A DNA stretch of 64,000 bases from Promethearchaeota archaeon (lineage in GTDB: Archaea > Asgardarchaeota > Lokiarchaeia > Sigyniarchaeales > SOKP01), in assembly GCA_016839745.1 (NCBI GenBank), contig JAEOTS010000122.1, positions 1 through 64,000 of the forward strand. The letters run 5' to 3'. The stretch's first letter is position 1; the number at the start of each line of letters is the position of its first letter. Of this stretch, positions 31,047 to 42,077 are shown piece by piece. The position numbers and the translations under genes are program-made. Under the pieces are notes generated by a model. The model saw nothing but the letters and a program-made list of their open reading frames with translations. It did not search any database and was not told the DNA's origin.

Positions 31047-31784
31047 TTAATGATTATGTCCAATAAATGAAAAGATCAAAATCATAATAAGAACTCCGGC
31101 CAGAATTAACACTAATTGCTTAAGTGTATGTTTTAAGCCCCACTTCTGATGTAGCTCAGGGGCTAAATCTGATAACGCTATATATAAGAAACTTGCTGCG
31201 GATATAGCCAGGGCGTATGGTACTATAAATGATATAGCTCCTAATACAAAATAACTAATTATCGCTGCAGGTATGGTGGTTAAACTTGATAATACATTAT
31301 AAGAAAACGCTTTCTTCTTTGAAAACCCTCCATGCAAAAGAATTCCAAAATCTCCAGTCTCCTGAGGAATTTCATGAGCAATTATGGCAATAGCTGCGGC
31401 TAATCCTACGGTAAAATTCGTAAGGAATCCAGCGGTAATGACAATTCCGTCTATAAAGTTATGAAAAGCGTCTCCTACTAATACGATAGGTCCAGCAGCA
31501 GCGTGAACATCACACTCCTCGTCAGTACAATTGCGCCAAATAATCAATTTCTCTAAGAAGAAGAAGAAAAGAATGCCACCTAACACATACGGCATTACAA
31601 TATGAGATTCTCCTCCAACACTCTCAATTGCTTCAGGGATTAATCCAAGTAAGGCTGTAGTAAGTAGGGTCCCCGTAGCAAACGAGATTAATGTTGAAAC
31701 TAACGCCTTTTGAAGTCTTTCTGCTAATAATACAAAACCGGCTGCTGCTAAAATAGCTCCTATACTGCCCAAAATACTAAACAA
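31047..31784 (-). CDS. ZIP-family zinc/metal transporter (true start may lie about 6 codons upstream)
   Basis: SFATGTLL, GDAFHNFIDG, IAHEIPQETGDF, FLYIALSDL. Confidence 0.92.
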   Translation of the reverse strand: MFSILGSIGAILAAAGFVLLAERLQKALVSTLISFATGTLLTTALLGLIPEAIESVGGESHIVMPYVLGGILFFFFLEKLIIWRNCTDEECDVHAAAGPIVLVGDAFHNFIDGIVITAGFLTNFTVGLAAAIAIIAHEIPQETGDFGILLHGGFSKKKAFSYNVLSSLTTIPAAIISYFVLGAISFIVPYALAISAASFLYIALSDLAPELHQKWGLKHTLKQLVLILAGVLIMILIFSFIGHNH

Positions 31785-31945
31785 AATTATCCATCCAAGA
31801 ACGGCGAATCCACCACAATTTTACTATTGAATTAGACATTTGATAAGTTATAAAAATATAATATTAACATCCTTAATTATTATTCGCAACCCATTTCCAT
31901 TAAATTGTAAAGATGATGAAATTATTATTGCAATTTGATTGAAAA

Positions 31946-32551
31946 TTATTCTTCTGATTCAAAAGGGATGAAAATTTTATTAAAAACTTGAGGTAAACCA
32001 TCGATTATATTCTTTCTTGAAGCTGTAATTAATACTATTGAAAATACAGCAGCAGTTATAAATTGGAAAAAGTTACCAGGCATTTCAACTAGAGCTATAG
32101 CAATTCCAAGTCCAAGTATAAATGCTTCATATATAAAATAACCTAGGGGAATGAGAATTCCACCAGTAATTACAGCTAATATATCACGATAAGAAATTCT
32201 TCCAACACAATCTCTAGGATTTGAAATTAATCCAATCATGAAGCCTTCAATCCCTTTAATGATAAGCGTAGCAGGCGCATAAATTATATATGGCGAGAAA
32301 ATGTCTGCCATCATCGGACCCACACCACCAGCAACGCCACCAATGATAGGGCCAAATAAAAGTGCCGCGAACATAACTGCAGTGTCCCCAATATTAATGT
32401 ATCCTCCGGTAGCAGGAATTGGAATCTGGATCCAATATGTTACTACAAAATTTAGAGCTGTAAAAATAGCTATAATTGAGATCGTCAATGCATTATTTGG
32501 TAAGAGATAACCTCTAAAATTTGGATCCTCTACTTCTCTTTTTCTCTCCAT
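31946..32551 (-). CDS. ECF transporter S component
   Basis: IPIPATGGYINIGD, ADIFSPY...APATLIIKG. Confidence 0.88.
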   Translation of the reverse strand: MERKREVEDPNFRGYLLPNNALTISIIAIFTALNFVVTYWIQIPIPATGGYINIGDTAVMFAALLFGPIIGGVAGGVGPMMADIFSPYIIYAPATLIIKGIEGFMIGLISNPRDCVGRISYRDILAVITGGILIPLGYFIYEAFILGLGIAIALVEMPGNFFQFITAAVFSIVLITASRKNIIDGLPQVFNKIFIPFESEE

Positions 32552-32768
32552 TATCTAAATCACTTACATAAATATTCTTTATTTAATTTAAAAGTTATCT
32601 CTTCTTTAATTAGGTTCATTTTTGAAAACTGATTGAAAAAATCGGATTGAAGATCATGTTGAAGGGGATACTACAAAATGGAATAAGTGCTTTTTACTAA
32701 TACTCGAATTTACAAATTCCTTTTAAAAATCAATAAATCTTATTATTTGCAAAGAATAAATTATTCAT

Positions 32769-35363
32769 ATGTTTATATGTGTAAATAACTTAATTCAAAC
32801 TGAATTAATTGCCGAAGAAGTTTTAATTCTTCCAGAACCACTTCATTTTAAGTTATTGGATTCTAAATTATTAAAGATTAGTGATAACTCTTCAATTCTA
32901 ACAAATTTACCTAAAGAAGATTTATCTATTATTTATCAATTCAAAGAACAACTGAAAGAATTTGGATTTAAAGAAAAACTAGATATTAAGTTGGATCATG
33001 AATTTCCTCATGTTTTTAATAAAAATTCGATTTTAGAATTATGTGCAAGTTATTTTCCTAAATTAGAGATTAATAATCTAATGCAAAGTAGCTGTGCAAT
33101 TGAACAAGGGTATATCATAGTTTCAAACAAGTCAAGATTATACTTAGAGGCGGATTCTTTGCAGGGATTATTTTATGGCATTCAAACGCTAATTCAATTA
33201 TTGAATTCCAATTCAAATAAGGAATTATTTCCTCAAATAGCAATAATAGATTTTCCTCGTTTAGAAATAAGGGGTGTTTCGGATGACATTTCAAGAGGTC
33301 AATCCGCAACGATAGATAGCCTCAAGAAATTTATTAAAATTCTAAGTCATTTTAAAATTAATCATTATTATTTAGTTTACATGCAAGATATGTACAAGTT
33401 TGAAGGTCACCCTGAAATAGGAAAGGGAAGAGGAAGTTATTCGAAAGAAGAAATAAAAGATTTATTTAAATTTGCGAAAGATCATTTTGTAGAATTAATT
33501 CCAATATTTCAAACTATAGGACATTGGGAGAATATATTGCATAATGAAACATATTGGCAATACGGAGAATTTCCTGGATCAAATAGTTTAAATATTGCGA
33601 ATGAAGAAATTTATCCTCTTTTAGACAATATGATAAAGAACTTAAGTGAAGTATTTAAATCAGATTATTTCCATATAGCTGCAGATGAAAGCTGGGACGT
33701 AGGAAAAGTGGGTTCTAAGGATTACATCGAAAAAATAGGAATCGGTAATGCATACCTGAAGCATTACAAGAAAGTTTATGAGATCGTTAAAAAACATGGA
33801 TATAAAAAAATTGTCATATATCACGATATCCTTTGTAAATACGAAGAAGTTCTTGAGGGGTTACCCAAAGATATGATTGTTATGTATTGGAAGTATAATA
33901 CAAAAGAAAACCACCCACTTATTGATAGAATAAAAGAATTTAAGCTACCCTTCATCGTTAGCCCTTCTATTATAGATTACAATCGAGTTTTTCCGTCACT
34001 AATGCGGGCTGAAAAAAATATGACAAATCTAATTAGAAATGGATTTAAAAATGGAGCAATAGGTGAAATAACATCTAGTTGGGGAGATTATTATAATAAA
34101 GAAATTAGAGAAAATAGATTGTATGGATTTATTTACTCCTCGCAGTTAGGATGGAATCCACTTAAGGAAGTTATAATCGCAAATTACTGGAAAAGTCTTT
34201 TAACTTATTTATTTGGTATATATGATGATAGATTGTTTAAAATAATTAGAATCCTAAGGTCTATAGAAGTTAATAAACGTTTACATACCAGGCCTACTTT
34301 TTACTATAATCATTTTTTTAGTCATCCCTATAATAAGAATAGTAAGATGTATAGAAATAATCTAAAAACTACTAAATTCGAGTTAGTAATTAAAGATATG
34401 GATGAAATTATTACTATTTGTCAAGATTTAGAAACAATAGTATTAAGAAATAGAGAGAATCTTCAAAATCTTGCTTTCATTGCTCAACACATAAAATTTT
34501 ATTGTAAAAAGCGAATAAATTCTAAGAAACTCGTCGGTTTTTCCCCCAAAGCAGTAAAAGAAGACTACAAATTGCAAATAATTAAGGAAATCGAGTCTTT
34601 AATAAAGGATTTGAGTTCTCTCTTAAGAGAATACGAATTTCTATGGATGGATGTCGCAAAGAAGGAAGGTTTTGAGCCAATAAAAACGAAATACATATGG
34701 TTACTAGAATTCTATAAGAGTAAAGTTGAAGAAATAAAAAATAATGACGAATGGCAAGACCCTAATATACTTAGCGAAACAATTTATCTTGATGTAAGAA
34801 AAAAGCATCAAATTAGTACAACACATTTTAAAAAAATCATTACCGTTAGCGAAGAAATTGAAACTGCTTACTTACAAGTAGTTGGAGGGACTTTTGCAAA
34901 AATTATCGTTAATAATAATCATATTGGCCATGTAATTTCTCGTCATTCGTTAAACTATATAATTTTAGAAAATAATATTAAGATTTTTGACATTAAGGAG
35001 CATTTAAAAATGGGAGATAATCTAATAATTATTGAAAATACTGATTATAGTGGTGGAATTGGGTTGGTTAATATATTTGGTGAAATTAAGTTGAAATCAA
35101 AACAAAAAATTCAAATAAAATCAGATAAAACGTGGTTAGCAGTAAGAAACCTTGAAGAACATTGGAAAAAAGTTAGAAGTTTTGGTTCCCCTCCTAAGAT
35201 TATTGGAGGATTATGTTATCCTGATTTTGAAAATAATAGACACTCATTAGAAAGCGATATGATGACTACTTTTAACGCTTTAATTGGTCGTATTCCTAAA
35301 AAATTATATTGGTTTTTAAAGTTGGTTATGAAACTATTTAACCGTTACAACATAATAGAATAA
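32769..35363 (+). CDS. GH20-family beta-N-acetylhexosaminidase with C-terminal beta-sandwich domain
   Basis: [46 protein letters not shown] catalytic pair. Confidence 0.85.
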   Translation: MFICVNNLIQTELIAEEVLILPEPLHFKLLDSKLLKISDNSSILTNLPKEDLSIIYQFKEQLKEFGFKEKLDIKLDHEFPHVFNKNSILELCASYFPKLEINNLMQSSCAIEQGYIIVSNKSRLYLEADSLQGLFYGIQTLIQLLNSNSNKELFPQIAIIDFPRLEIRGVSDDISRGQSATIDSLKKFIKILSHFKINHYYLVYMQDMYKFEGHPEIGKGRGSYSKEEIKDLFKFAKDHFVELIPIFQTIGHWENILHNETYWQYGEFPGSNSLNIANEEIYPLLDNMIKNLSEVFKSDYFHIAADESWDVGKVGSKDYIEKIGIGNAYLKHYKKVYEIVKKHGYKKIVIYHDILCKYEEVLEGLPKDMIVMYWKYNTKENHPLIDRIKEFKLPFIVSPSIIDYNRVFPSLMRAEKNMTNLIRNGFKNGAIGEITSSWGDYYNKEIRENRLYGFIYSSQLGWNPLKEVIIANYWKSLLTYLFGIYDDRLFKIIRILRSIEVNKRLHTRPTFYYNHFFSHPYNKNSKMYRNNLKTTKFELVIKDMDEIITICQDLETIVLRNRENLQNLAFIAQHIKFYCKKRINSKKLVGFSPKAVKEDYKLQIIKEIESLIKDLSSLLREYEFLWMDVAKKEGFEPIKTKYIWLLEFYKSKVEEIKNNDEWQDPNILSETIYLDVRKKHQISTTHFKKIITVSEEIETAYLQVVGGTFAKIIVNNNHIGHVISRHSLNYIILENNIKIFDIKEHLKMGDNLIIIENTDYSGGIGLVNIFGEIKLKSKQKIQIKSDKTWLAVRNLEEHWKKVRSFGSPPKIIGGLCYPDFENNRHSLESDMMTTFNALIGRIPKKLYWFLKLVMKLFNRYNIIE

Positions 35364-35418
35364 AATCCTCAAAAGAATTAAATACAGATTTAAAAATTTA
35401 AATAAAAGAATAAAAAAG

Positions 35419-36072
35419 TTATTTATATTTCTTTAAAAATTCTGGTTTAGTTTTAGTAACTCTTTTTGTTATCTTTGCTTGAATTTCTAACACGACTTTA
35501 GAATTACCTTCGGAGGGAATTGATAAATTGAACTTGTAATTTGGTTCTTCAATTTCAGAGGGTTCTGGTTCAGATTTAATAAAAGTTACATCCTTAGTTT
35601 GCTTAAAATCTAATGTAAGTTCTATAGGATTATTCAGTTTGTTTTCAATATTAATTTTACGTGCTATCTTGTCATACCTCGTTCTAACTTCAATATGTTG
35701 TTTAGGTTCAATAGCATCTTCAAATGTGATTTTTGGTTCTCCTTCTTCAACTTGGACTATGTCATCATCAATAACTATATCATCATCAATTAGTTCTTCA
35801 GAATTTATCTTATTTCCTACAGTTTGAGCAGTATTAAGAAATAGGAATGGCAGGTTATCTTTATATAGCGTCATAGGAGAATTAGCCGGAAGATCAATAT
35901 TTTCTCCTTCTTTAATTAATATATATTTAATAACAGCATCCCATTTGAGTTTATTTGATGAAACTGAATGCTCTGTATATTGGATTTCAATTTTACGTTC
36001 AACATTGAACTGACTATTAGCTTTAAACCATTTTAACTTTATTTTTTTCCTTGTTGGCACAGTCGCTTTCAT
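35419..36072 (-). CDS. Beta-rich hypothetical protein resembling the C-terminal half of DUF4139 proteins
   Basis: DLPANSPMTLY, GEPKITF...IEVR...KINIENKLNNPIELTL...YKFNLSIPSEG pattern; 13 bp from the upstream partner. Confidence 0.5.
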   Translation of the reverse strand: MKATVPTRKKIKLKWFKANSQFNVERKIEIQYTEHSVSSNKLKWDAVIKYILIKEGENIDLPANSPMTLYKDNLPFLFLNTAQTVGNKINSEELIDDDIVIDDDIVQVEEGEPKITFEDAIEPKQHIEVRTRYDKIARKINIENKLNNPIELTLDFKQTKDVTFIKSEPEPSEIEEPNYKFNLSIPSEGNSKVVLEIQAKITKRVTKTKPEFLKKYK

Positions 36073-36085
36073 TTTTTCACTCTCC

Positions 36086-36823
36086 TCATAATAATTGTTT
36101 AAAACGTTGGGTTCTTTTCATTGGACCCTTTTTAGCACTTCTAAGGACATTTAATTCGTTCATAATACCTTGACTCATCTGTTCAGGCGCGTTATCTGTT
36201 TGATAGTCAATAATATCAGATGTTGGTGTAGGTAACTCAAATATAGCAAATCCTAATTCGACATTTTCGTATGTGAAACCTGTTTGATTGTCCACAACGA
36301 TAAAACCTTCAATTTCTGCGGTTTTTCCATCTTCATTAATATTTACCTGAAGTGTGGTGTCCCATTTTATCCTTACATCGGATAAGAAATAAAGGATTTT
36401 TACTATAATTTCACCTTCTTTTGTGGAATTTATTATAAAATTGAACGTTCCTTTCATGTCAGCAAAAGTTTTATAGGAAGATGCCTCACAAATACTCGAT
36501 ACTTTTTCTCTCATTTCCCTTGTAAAATCTATAGCATACGAGATAATGCTATTAGCTGCTGATTTTTCCCTGTCTATGATTTGCTGGGAATTATTATAAT
36601 CTGGTAAGGTTATTATCGTTTGTTGTAATGTGATTAAATCTATATCCTCGGGATTAAGATGCTCCAATCTAATATCAGCAGAGTTGGGATCAAAACTGGC
36701 GGGAACATTTTGAATTTCAAACTCATTTATTCCTTGTTGAATGGATAATTTCATTTCTCTTTCAACAATTCCCCCTCCACCATTAAAAATTACTAAGCTT
36801 TTTACTTTAGGGTCGATTAGCAT
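36086..36823 (-). CDS. DUF4140/DUF4139-like protein (N-terminal half)
   Basis: VIFNGGGGIVERE...GINEFEIQNVPASFDPNS and LYFLSDVRIKW...VDNQTGFTYENVEL. Confidence 0.6.
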   Translation of the reverse strand: MLIDPKVKSLVIFNGGGGIVEREMKLSIQQGINEFEIQNVPASFDPNSADIRLEHLNPEDIDLITLQQTIITLPDYNNSQQIIDREKSAANSIISYAIDFTREMREKVSSICEASSYKTFADMKGTFNFIINSTKEGEIIVKILYFLSDVRIKWDTTLQVNINEDGKTAEIEGFIVVDNQTGFTYENVELGFAIFELPTPTSDIIDYQTDNAPEQMSQGIMNELNVLRSAKKGPMKRTQRFKQLL

Positions 36824-36981
36824 TTTAGATTCAAATTCATTTTTTTAGTATTATCAAATAAGTAAACTTAGTTATTTAAATTTTTATTAAATTCAAATTG
36901 AATATTGAATTCGGGAAAAACCAATAGTAAATATTCAATAGAAATAAAAAAAATTGAAGAAATTGAATTAATTAGGATGGT

Positions 36982-37941
36982 TTAGAAATTTGAATAAATC
37001 ATAAATTTATTCGCTGAACCTAAACTATATATCTCAAACTTGGTTCCCTTCTTAGTTTCACAGAACATTTGTATCATCGGGAATAAATAGATTTGTGTAG
37101 TAATTTGAGCATCCTTATCTTTTGAGTAAGTTTTATAGTCGCTTCCTGCTGTACCTATCGTTTTTTTAATATTTTTGTTCCAATAACCTAACGAAGGTTC
37201 TGCCTTAGACTCCAAATCTTTAAAATCGTTAAATCTTATACCTTCAACCTCCTCGATCATTTGGTGAAGGTCACGTTCAATCTCTTTCTCATATCTCGTC
37301 TGTGCGCTACTAGTCAATACTGGAATTCCTGTAACAACAGTTTTAAAAGGGACTGGGAGAATTTGGTATTTATACATATTTTTGTGACCTCCACAATCCC
37401 TGCATTGCTCTTTGCTTGTACCAGTTCCATAACATACGCCGCAAGGATAAGAAAATAGTTTATCCTCTTTCTTTTGATCTTCTCCTGATAGTATAGTTAA
37501 TTTTTCTTCGATTTTTCCAGTCCCTTTACAAGTTTTGCACCTACCTTCAATATATCCTTTACCGCTACAGTTTTTACAGGATATCGTTTGTAGCGTCTCA
37601 TATGTAGGAACTTTATCATCGCCTTTCCAATTGTCCTTATTAACGTTAGATTTCCCTTTAAATGAATAAAATGTTTCTCTTGGTACTCTAGGAGCAAGAA
37701 CGATTTTTTCTTCCGTTCCTTTTGGTACAGCACCCACAGTCTTTTTTATAGCAAAATAAATTGCAGCTTCCTTTTGGGTGTCTTTAACATATTCTGCAGC
37801 ACTCACGGCATCTAAAGAAAAAATCGCCCCTTTAGTTCCGAATTGCTTTTCCATCTTTTTTTTATCACTTCTTATAGAGCGTTGCTTCCACTTCTCAAAA
37901 ATCTCATCTAAATTTGGTGTTTTAATTCTTACATCTGGCAA
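36982..37941 (-). CDS. DnaJ-type zinc-finger protein without J-domain, SSUH2-like
   Basis: CKNCSGKG, CKTCKGTG, CGVCYGTG, CRDCGGH; no HPD motif; GGTGA 7 nt before the TTG start. Confidence 0.7.
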   Translation of the reverse strand: MPDVRIKTPNLDEIFEKWKQRSIRSDKKKMEKQFGTKGAIFSLDAVSAAEYVKDTQKEAAIYFAIKKTVGAVPKGTEEKIVLAPRVPRETFYSFKGKSNVNKDNWKGDDKVPTYETLQTISCKNCSGKGYIEGRCKTCKGTGKIEEKLTILSGEDQKKEDKLFSYPCGVCYGTGTSKEQCRDCGGHKNMYKYQILPVPFKTVVTGIPVLTSSAQTRYEKEIERDLHQMIEEVEGIRFNDFKDLESKAEPSLGYWNKNIKKTIGTAGSDYKTYSKDKDAQITTQIYLFPMIQMFCETKKGTKFEIYSLGSANKFMIYSNF

Positions 37942-38068
37942 ATGAAAATCACCTGAAATAAATTTGAAATTATTTTTATTTTAATACTACTAAAATTATA
38001 AAAATATAAAATATATCTATTTTATATAAATTATATCAAAATAAAAACAAAACAGATTTTAATTTAAC

Positions 38069-38236
38069 ATGTCAGCAGAAGAACGTCAAGCAGTGGAATA
38101 TTTTAAGCAATGGATGGACCCCAATGGTGGAGGCCTTGCCCAATGGATCGAACATTTTTTAAATCAGGGCGATGAAGCTAAGCTAAGACAAATTAAAGAA
38201 GTTTATGATAAAATTAAAACTGTTTTTGGATTTTAA
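38069..38236 (+). CDS. 55-aa hypothetical protein (below the ORF-track cutoff)
   Basis: MSAEERQAVEYFKQWMDPNGGGLAQWIEHFLNQGDEAKLRQIKEVYDKIKTVFGF*; more GC-rich than the AT-rich flanks. Confidence 0.6.
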   Translation: MSAEERQAVEYFKQWMDPNGGGLAQWIEHFLNQGDEAKLRQIKEVYDKIKTVFGF

Positions 38237-38285
38237 ATTCTGATTTTCTTATTTCAGCAATAAACTTAAGTTTTTTATAGGCTTA

Positions 38286-40964
38286 GTGATTTTTCTTTTG
38301 ATTACCATTTCTAGGGATTATTTTATAGTTTTTGACAAAAATTGGGATATTAAAAAAGAATTATCATTCAATGTTAACTTCTTTTATTTGAAATCTTTCA
38401 AGAAGAAAAATCAAACTTATTCTTATATAAAAAAACCTTTTTTCAGAGGCACTGTTCTCTTTGGATTAGACTTTAAAGATAGAATTCGTCCCGTTGGTTT
38501 TTCTAAACTTGAAAATGATGGAAATTTAGAGCCTATTAATCCTAGACTTCTTAAAAAATTTCTTATTGATAAAAAAAATAAATTTATCGCTTTTTCTAGC
38601 CAAACTAAACCCGAAGATTTCACACCAATTAAAGAAATGCTCAAGAATCTTCAATATGATCAAGATAATATCATAAATATGACTTTTTGCAAATCCTGCT
38701 TAGATAATAAAAAATTTACAATTCTAAATGAAAAATCCAAGATTAAATCGTTAAGGCATCAATTTATTTGTTCTGATTGTGCATTAGATGTTGTAGTAAA
38801 ACAAGTTCAAGTTGCAGGACTTATTTCTTCTGGTAAACTTAATCCGAAACTTAAAAATTTTTTTAATCACTTAATTTTAAAATTTCGGGACCTAAATAAA
38901 ATACTAAACTCTTTTAAGGTTGATTTCAATCCCGTAAAAAATAAAGAGATGACACTTTATGATATCGAAAAAAATCCACCAATTAGTAAGAAATATCTAA
39001 ATTATACGATTGATAACTTAGAAATCCCCAAAGATTTTAAGGAGTTACTAAAATCACTCAAAATTATGAGGTTATTGCCGATACAAGCAATCTCAATAGA
39101 AACAGGATTATTAAAAGAGCAAAAAAGTCAATTGGTTATGGCGCCGACATCAGCAGGTAAAACTCTAATTGGTGAGTTGGCAGGGATTTCAAGAGTTCTG
39201 AAAGATAATCGCAAATTGCTTTATCTAGTGCCTATCAGAGCGTTGGCAAGTTTAAGGACGGAAGAATTTAAAAATAAATATAAACCATTAAATTTGCAAA
39301 TAATAAAAAGAATAGGAGAATCTATATTAGAGAAGAAAGAAAAGGAAGATTTAGAAGAATTGATAAAGGCAGACATTATTATAGCTACTTATGAGGCTAT
39401 TGACTATATTTTAAGAAGTGGTAATAAAAATAATTTGGGATCCATTGGGACAATAATTATTGATGAAATTCAAACTTTGAGTGATCAGGAACGTGGATTT
39501 ATTTTAGATGGTTTAATAGCACGGCTAAAATCAATATTTAAGGGGATTCAATATTTATATTTAAGTGCTACAATAGGAGAACCAGTAGCTTTAGCTAAAA
39601 CATTAGATTGTGTTTTGATTAATTACAATAATAGACCCGTTCCAATCGAACGACATTTAGTACTATGTCTTAACGAAGCAATAAAACTTAAAAATATAAC
39701 AAAATTAGTGCGATCTGCTTACTTAGAAACCTCAACTTATGGATTTAAAGGCCAATCTATAATATTTACAAATTCAAGAAAAAAGTGCGAGTCTCTGACG
39801 ACTTATTTACAAAATAAGGGACTCAGAGTAAGATCTTACCATTCTGGATTAACTAATGAAGAGAGGTTGATAATAGAAAGGGAATTCCAGAATCAAACTA
39901 TTTCAGCAGTTGTAGCAACCGCAGCACTAGCTGCTGGTGTTGATTTACCTGCAAAACAGGTGATTTTCGAATCATTAACAATGGGTATAAACATATTAAC
40001 AGTCGCTGAATTTGAGCAAATGTTAGGAAGAGCTGGAAGGTTAAAAAAACACGACCTTGGATTGGTATATCTTCTAATTGAACCTGGAAAGATATATTCC
40101 CATAGAACAAAGGTTTCCGAAGAAAATATCGCCATTAACTTACTTAATGGAAAAATTAAAGATTATGAATTACATCCTGATGGGGATAAATCCCTAACTG
40201 AACTGCTCGCTTTTATCTCGATGTATAATGAAGGTATTGTAAGAGATAAGATATATAAATTTAATGAATATTTAATTAATTCTAACTATGAGCTAGAAGA
40301 ATTCTTGAAAAAGCTAACAAATTATCGACTTGTCCGCATAGAAAGCAATATTAAATATAGTGCTACATATTTAGGTCAATCTATAGCAAAATCCTTTCTA
40401 ACTGTTGAAAAAAGTTTGGAAATTGTTGAGATATTAAGAAAGAAAGAAAAAAAGATTATTGAAATTGTTCTTGAGTTAAAAGCACTAAAGAATGTATATT
40501 TAACAAAGAAAGTTGTTGCAGACTTGTCAAAGCACAGAGCAGCAAAATATTCCTCAAATAATTTCTTTAGCGCGAGCGTTCTTTCGCTCATGGATGCAAA
40601 CTATGTTAAGAAGAGAAAATCCTTTTCAGATGAATTTATAGAATATGTTGTAAAATGGACAGGAGAAATTTTTAATTGCGATTGTAAAGATAAACCTTAT
40701 TGTGAATGTGGGAGAATTAATCTAGAAAGGATAATTTTAAATTTACGGATTGAAAATAAGTTCTCAATTAGAGAGATTAGTGATTATCTCGAAGAGGAGC
40801 TAAAAATCTTAATCTATAAGGGAGATATCACGGATTATTTAGAAAATTTGATTTATTCTTTCGAAAGTGTACTAAATATTTCAAAAGGAATCTCTAATTT
40901 AGATCCCGATTATGAGAAGGAGCTATTAGATATACCCAATATTATTGAAAAAATTAGAAGTTGA
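38286..40964 (+). CDS. Ski2-like SF2 helicase of the archaeal ASH-Ski2/DUF5814 type
   Basis: APTSAGKT, DEIQ, SAT, YHSGL, QMLGRAGR; N-terminal CxxC..CxxC and C-terminal CDCKDKPYCECG. Confidence 0.85.
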   Translation: MIFLLITISRDYFIVFDKNWDIKKELSFNVNFFYLKSFKKKNQTYSYIKKPFFRGTVLFGLDFKDRIRPVGFSKLENDGNLEPINPRLLKKFLIDKKNKFIAFSSQTKPEDFTPIKEMLKNLQYDQDNIINMTFCKSCLDNKKFTILNEKSKIKSLRHQFICSDCALDVVVKQVQVAGLISSGKLNPKLKNFFNHLILKFRDLNKILNSFKVDFNPVKNKEMTLYDIEKNPPISKKYLNYTIDNLEIPKDFKELLKSLKIMRLLPIQAISIETGLLKEQKSQLVMAPTSAGKTLIGELAGISRVLKDNRKLLYLVPIRALASLRTEEFKNKYKPLNLQIIKRIGESILEKKEKEDLEELIKADIIIATYEAIDYILRSGNKNNLGSIGTIIIDEIQTLSDQERGFILDGLIARLKSIFKGIQYLYLSATIGEPVALAKTLDCVLINYNNRPVPIERHLVLCLNEAIKLKNITKLVRSAYLETSTYGFKGQSIIFTNSRKKCESLTTYLQNKGLRVRSYHSGLTNEERLIIEREFQNQTISAVVATAALAAGVDLPAKQVIFESLTMGINILTVAEFEQMLGRAGRLKKHDLGLVYLLIEPGKIYSHRTKVSEENIAINLLNGKIKDYELHPDGDKSLTELLAFISMYNEGIVRDKIYKFNEYLINSNYELEEFLKKLTNYRLVRIESNIKYSATYLGQSIAKSFLTVEKSLEIVEILRKKEKKIIEIVLELKALKNVYLTKKVVADLSKHRAAKYSSNNFFSASVLSLMDANYVKKRKSFSDEFIEYVVKWTGEIFNCDCKDKPYCECGRINLERIILNLRIENKFSIREISDYLEEELKILIYKGDITDYLENLIYSFESVLNISKGISNLDPDYEKELLDIPNIIEKIRS

Positions 40965-41090
40965 TCTTTTTATTCAATTAAAAAAAAATTAATGGTAAAA
41001 ATTTAATAAATAAAATATTATTCGATAATTAATTAGTTGTTAAAATCTCTGGTAAATATTTAAGAATTAAAAACACATCTCTGTATCTAT

Positions 41091-42050
41091 ATGATTTACT
41101 CCATTTTTCTTTATCAAAGTCCAACAGGTTTATTGATATACGACAAGAGTTTCCAAGAGATCAGTTCTGGAAAGATGGAAATGTTTAGTGCTTTTTTTTC
41201 TGCAATAAAAACTTTTGTTTCTGAACTCGTATTAGGCGATTCGTTAGATCGTTCAAAAGAATTAACAAATATAGAATTAAAAGATTATATCGTTTTGGTT
41301 ACTTCCCTATCTAAAATTAAAGTTGATATGGTCATCATTGCCGATAAAGAAGATACAAAATCTATTAATAAAGTTATTCCAAAATTGATTAAACTATTAA
41401 ATAAATACGAGCAATTATTTCTTTCATGGGATGGGAATAGAGATGAATTAAAAATACTAGATCACCCACTAACAGAATTAATTGCAGCTAATATAAAAGT
41501 TGTAAGAAAATCTTTGCTGGAACATCCCGATCAAATGTTAAAATCAATTTGGGCTCATAAAAAGCAACTTTCAAGAGAAAATGTCGAAAACTTAATTCAA
41601 GAAAGAGATCTTATTATATATAAAATTGAAAATACTGCGAATCTTACTAGAAAAATAGCTATGTCTGAAACTGTAGTAGAATTATCAGAGAAATTAAAAG
41701 ACGAGACAACCTTTCTAAAATATCAAAAAGAAGTAAATAAATTAAAAAATGAAATAAAGGATGTAAAATTTAAATTGAACTATTATTTGGAAAAAACAAG
41801 AGAAGCTCTAAGCGAGGCTATTAAAAATTTAGATAATAAACCAATTCATCAAGGAGATTATAAAAATACCTATCTAAATTTGTATTCCTTTAGTACAAAA
41901 CTAAAATTGATAAAAGAAAACGGTTGGGAAATTTACCGGGAATTAGCAAGTAAACTCATTGAAAAAGATGCATTAAGTGATAGTAATCTTTCTGAACTTA
42001 TCCAGAATTTATTAAAAATGAGTTCTAATATAGAAGATTATTTGAATTAG
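41091..42050 (+). CDS. Longin-like N-terminal domain plus helical C-terminal region
   Basis: SIFLYQSPTGLLIY...MFSAFFSAIKTFVSEL...IELKDY pattern typical of Asgard longin-like domains. Confidence 0.6.
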   Translation: MIYSIFLYQSPTGLLIYDKSFQEISSGKMEMFSAFFSAIKTFVSELVLGDSLDRSKELTNIELKDYIVLVTSLSKIKVDMVIIADKEDTKSINKVIPKLIKLLNKYEQLFLSWDGNRDELKILDHPLTELIAANIKVVRKSLLEHPDQMLKSIWAHKKQLSRENVENLIQERDLIIYKIENTANLTRKIAMSETVVELSEKLKDETTFLKYQKEVNKLKNEIKDVKFKLNYYLEKTREALSEAIKNLDNKPIHQGDYKNTYLNLYSFSTKLKLIKENGWEIYRELASKLIEKDALSDSNLSELIQNLLKMSSNIEDYLN

Positions 42051-42077
42051 TAAAAAAAGTTTACATTGTTCTGTTAC

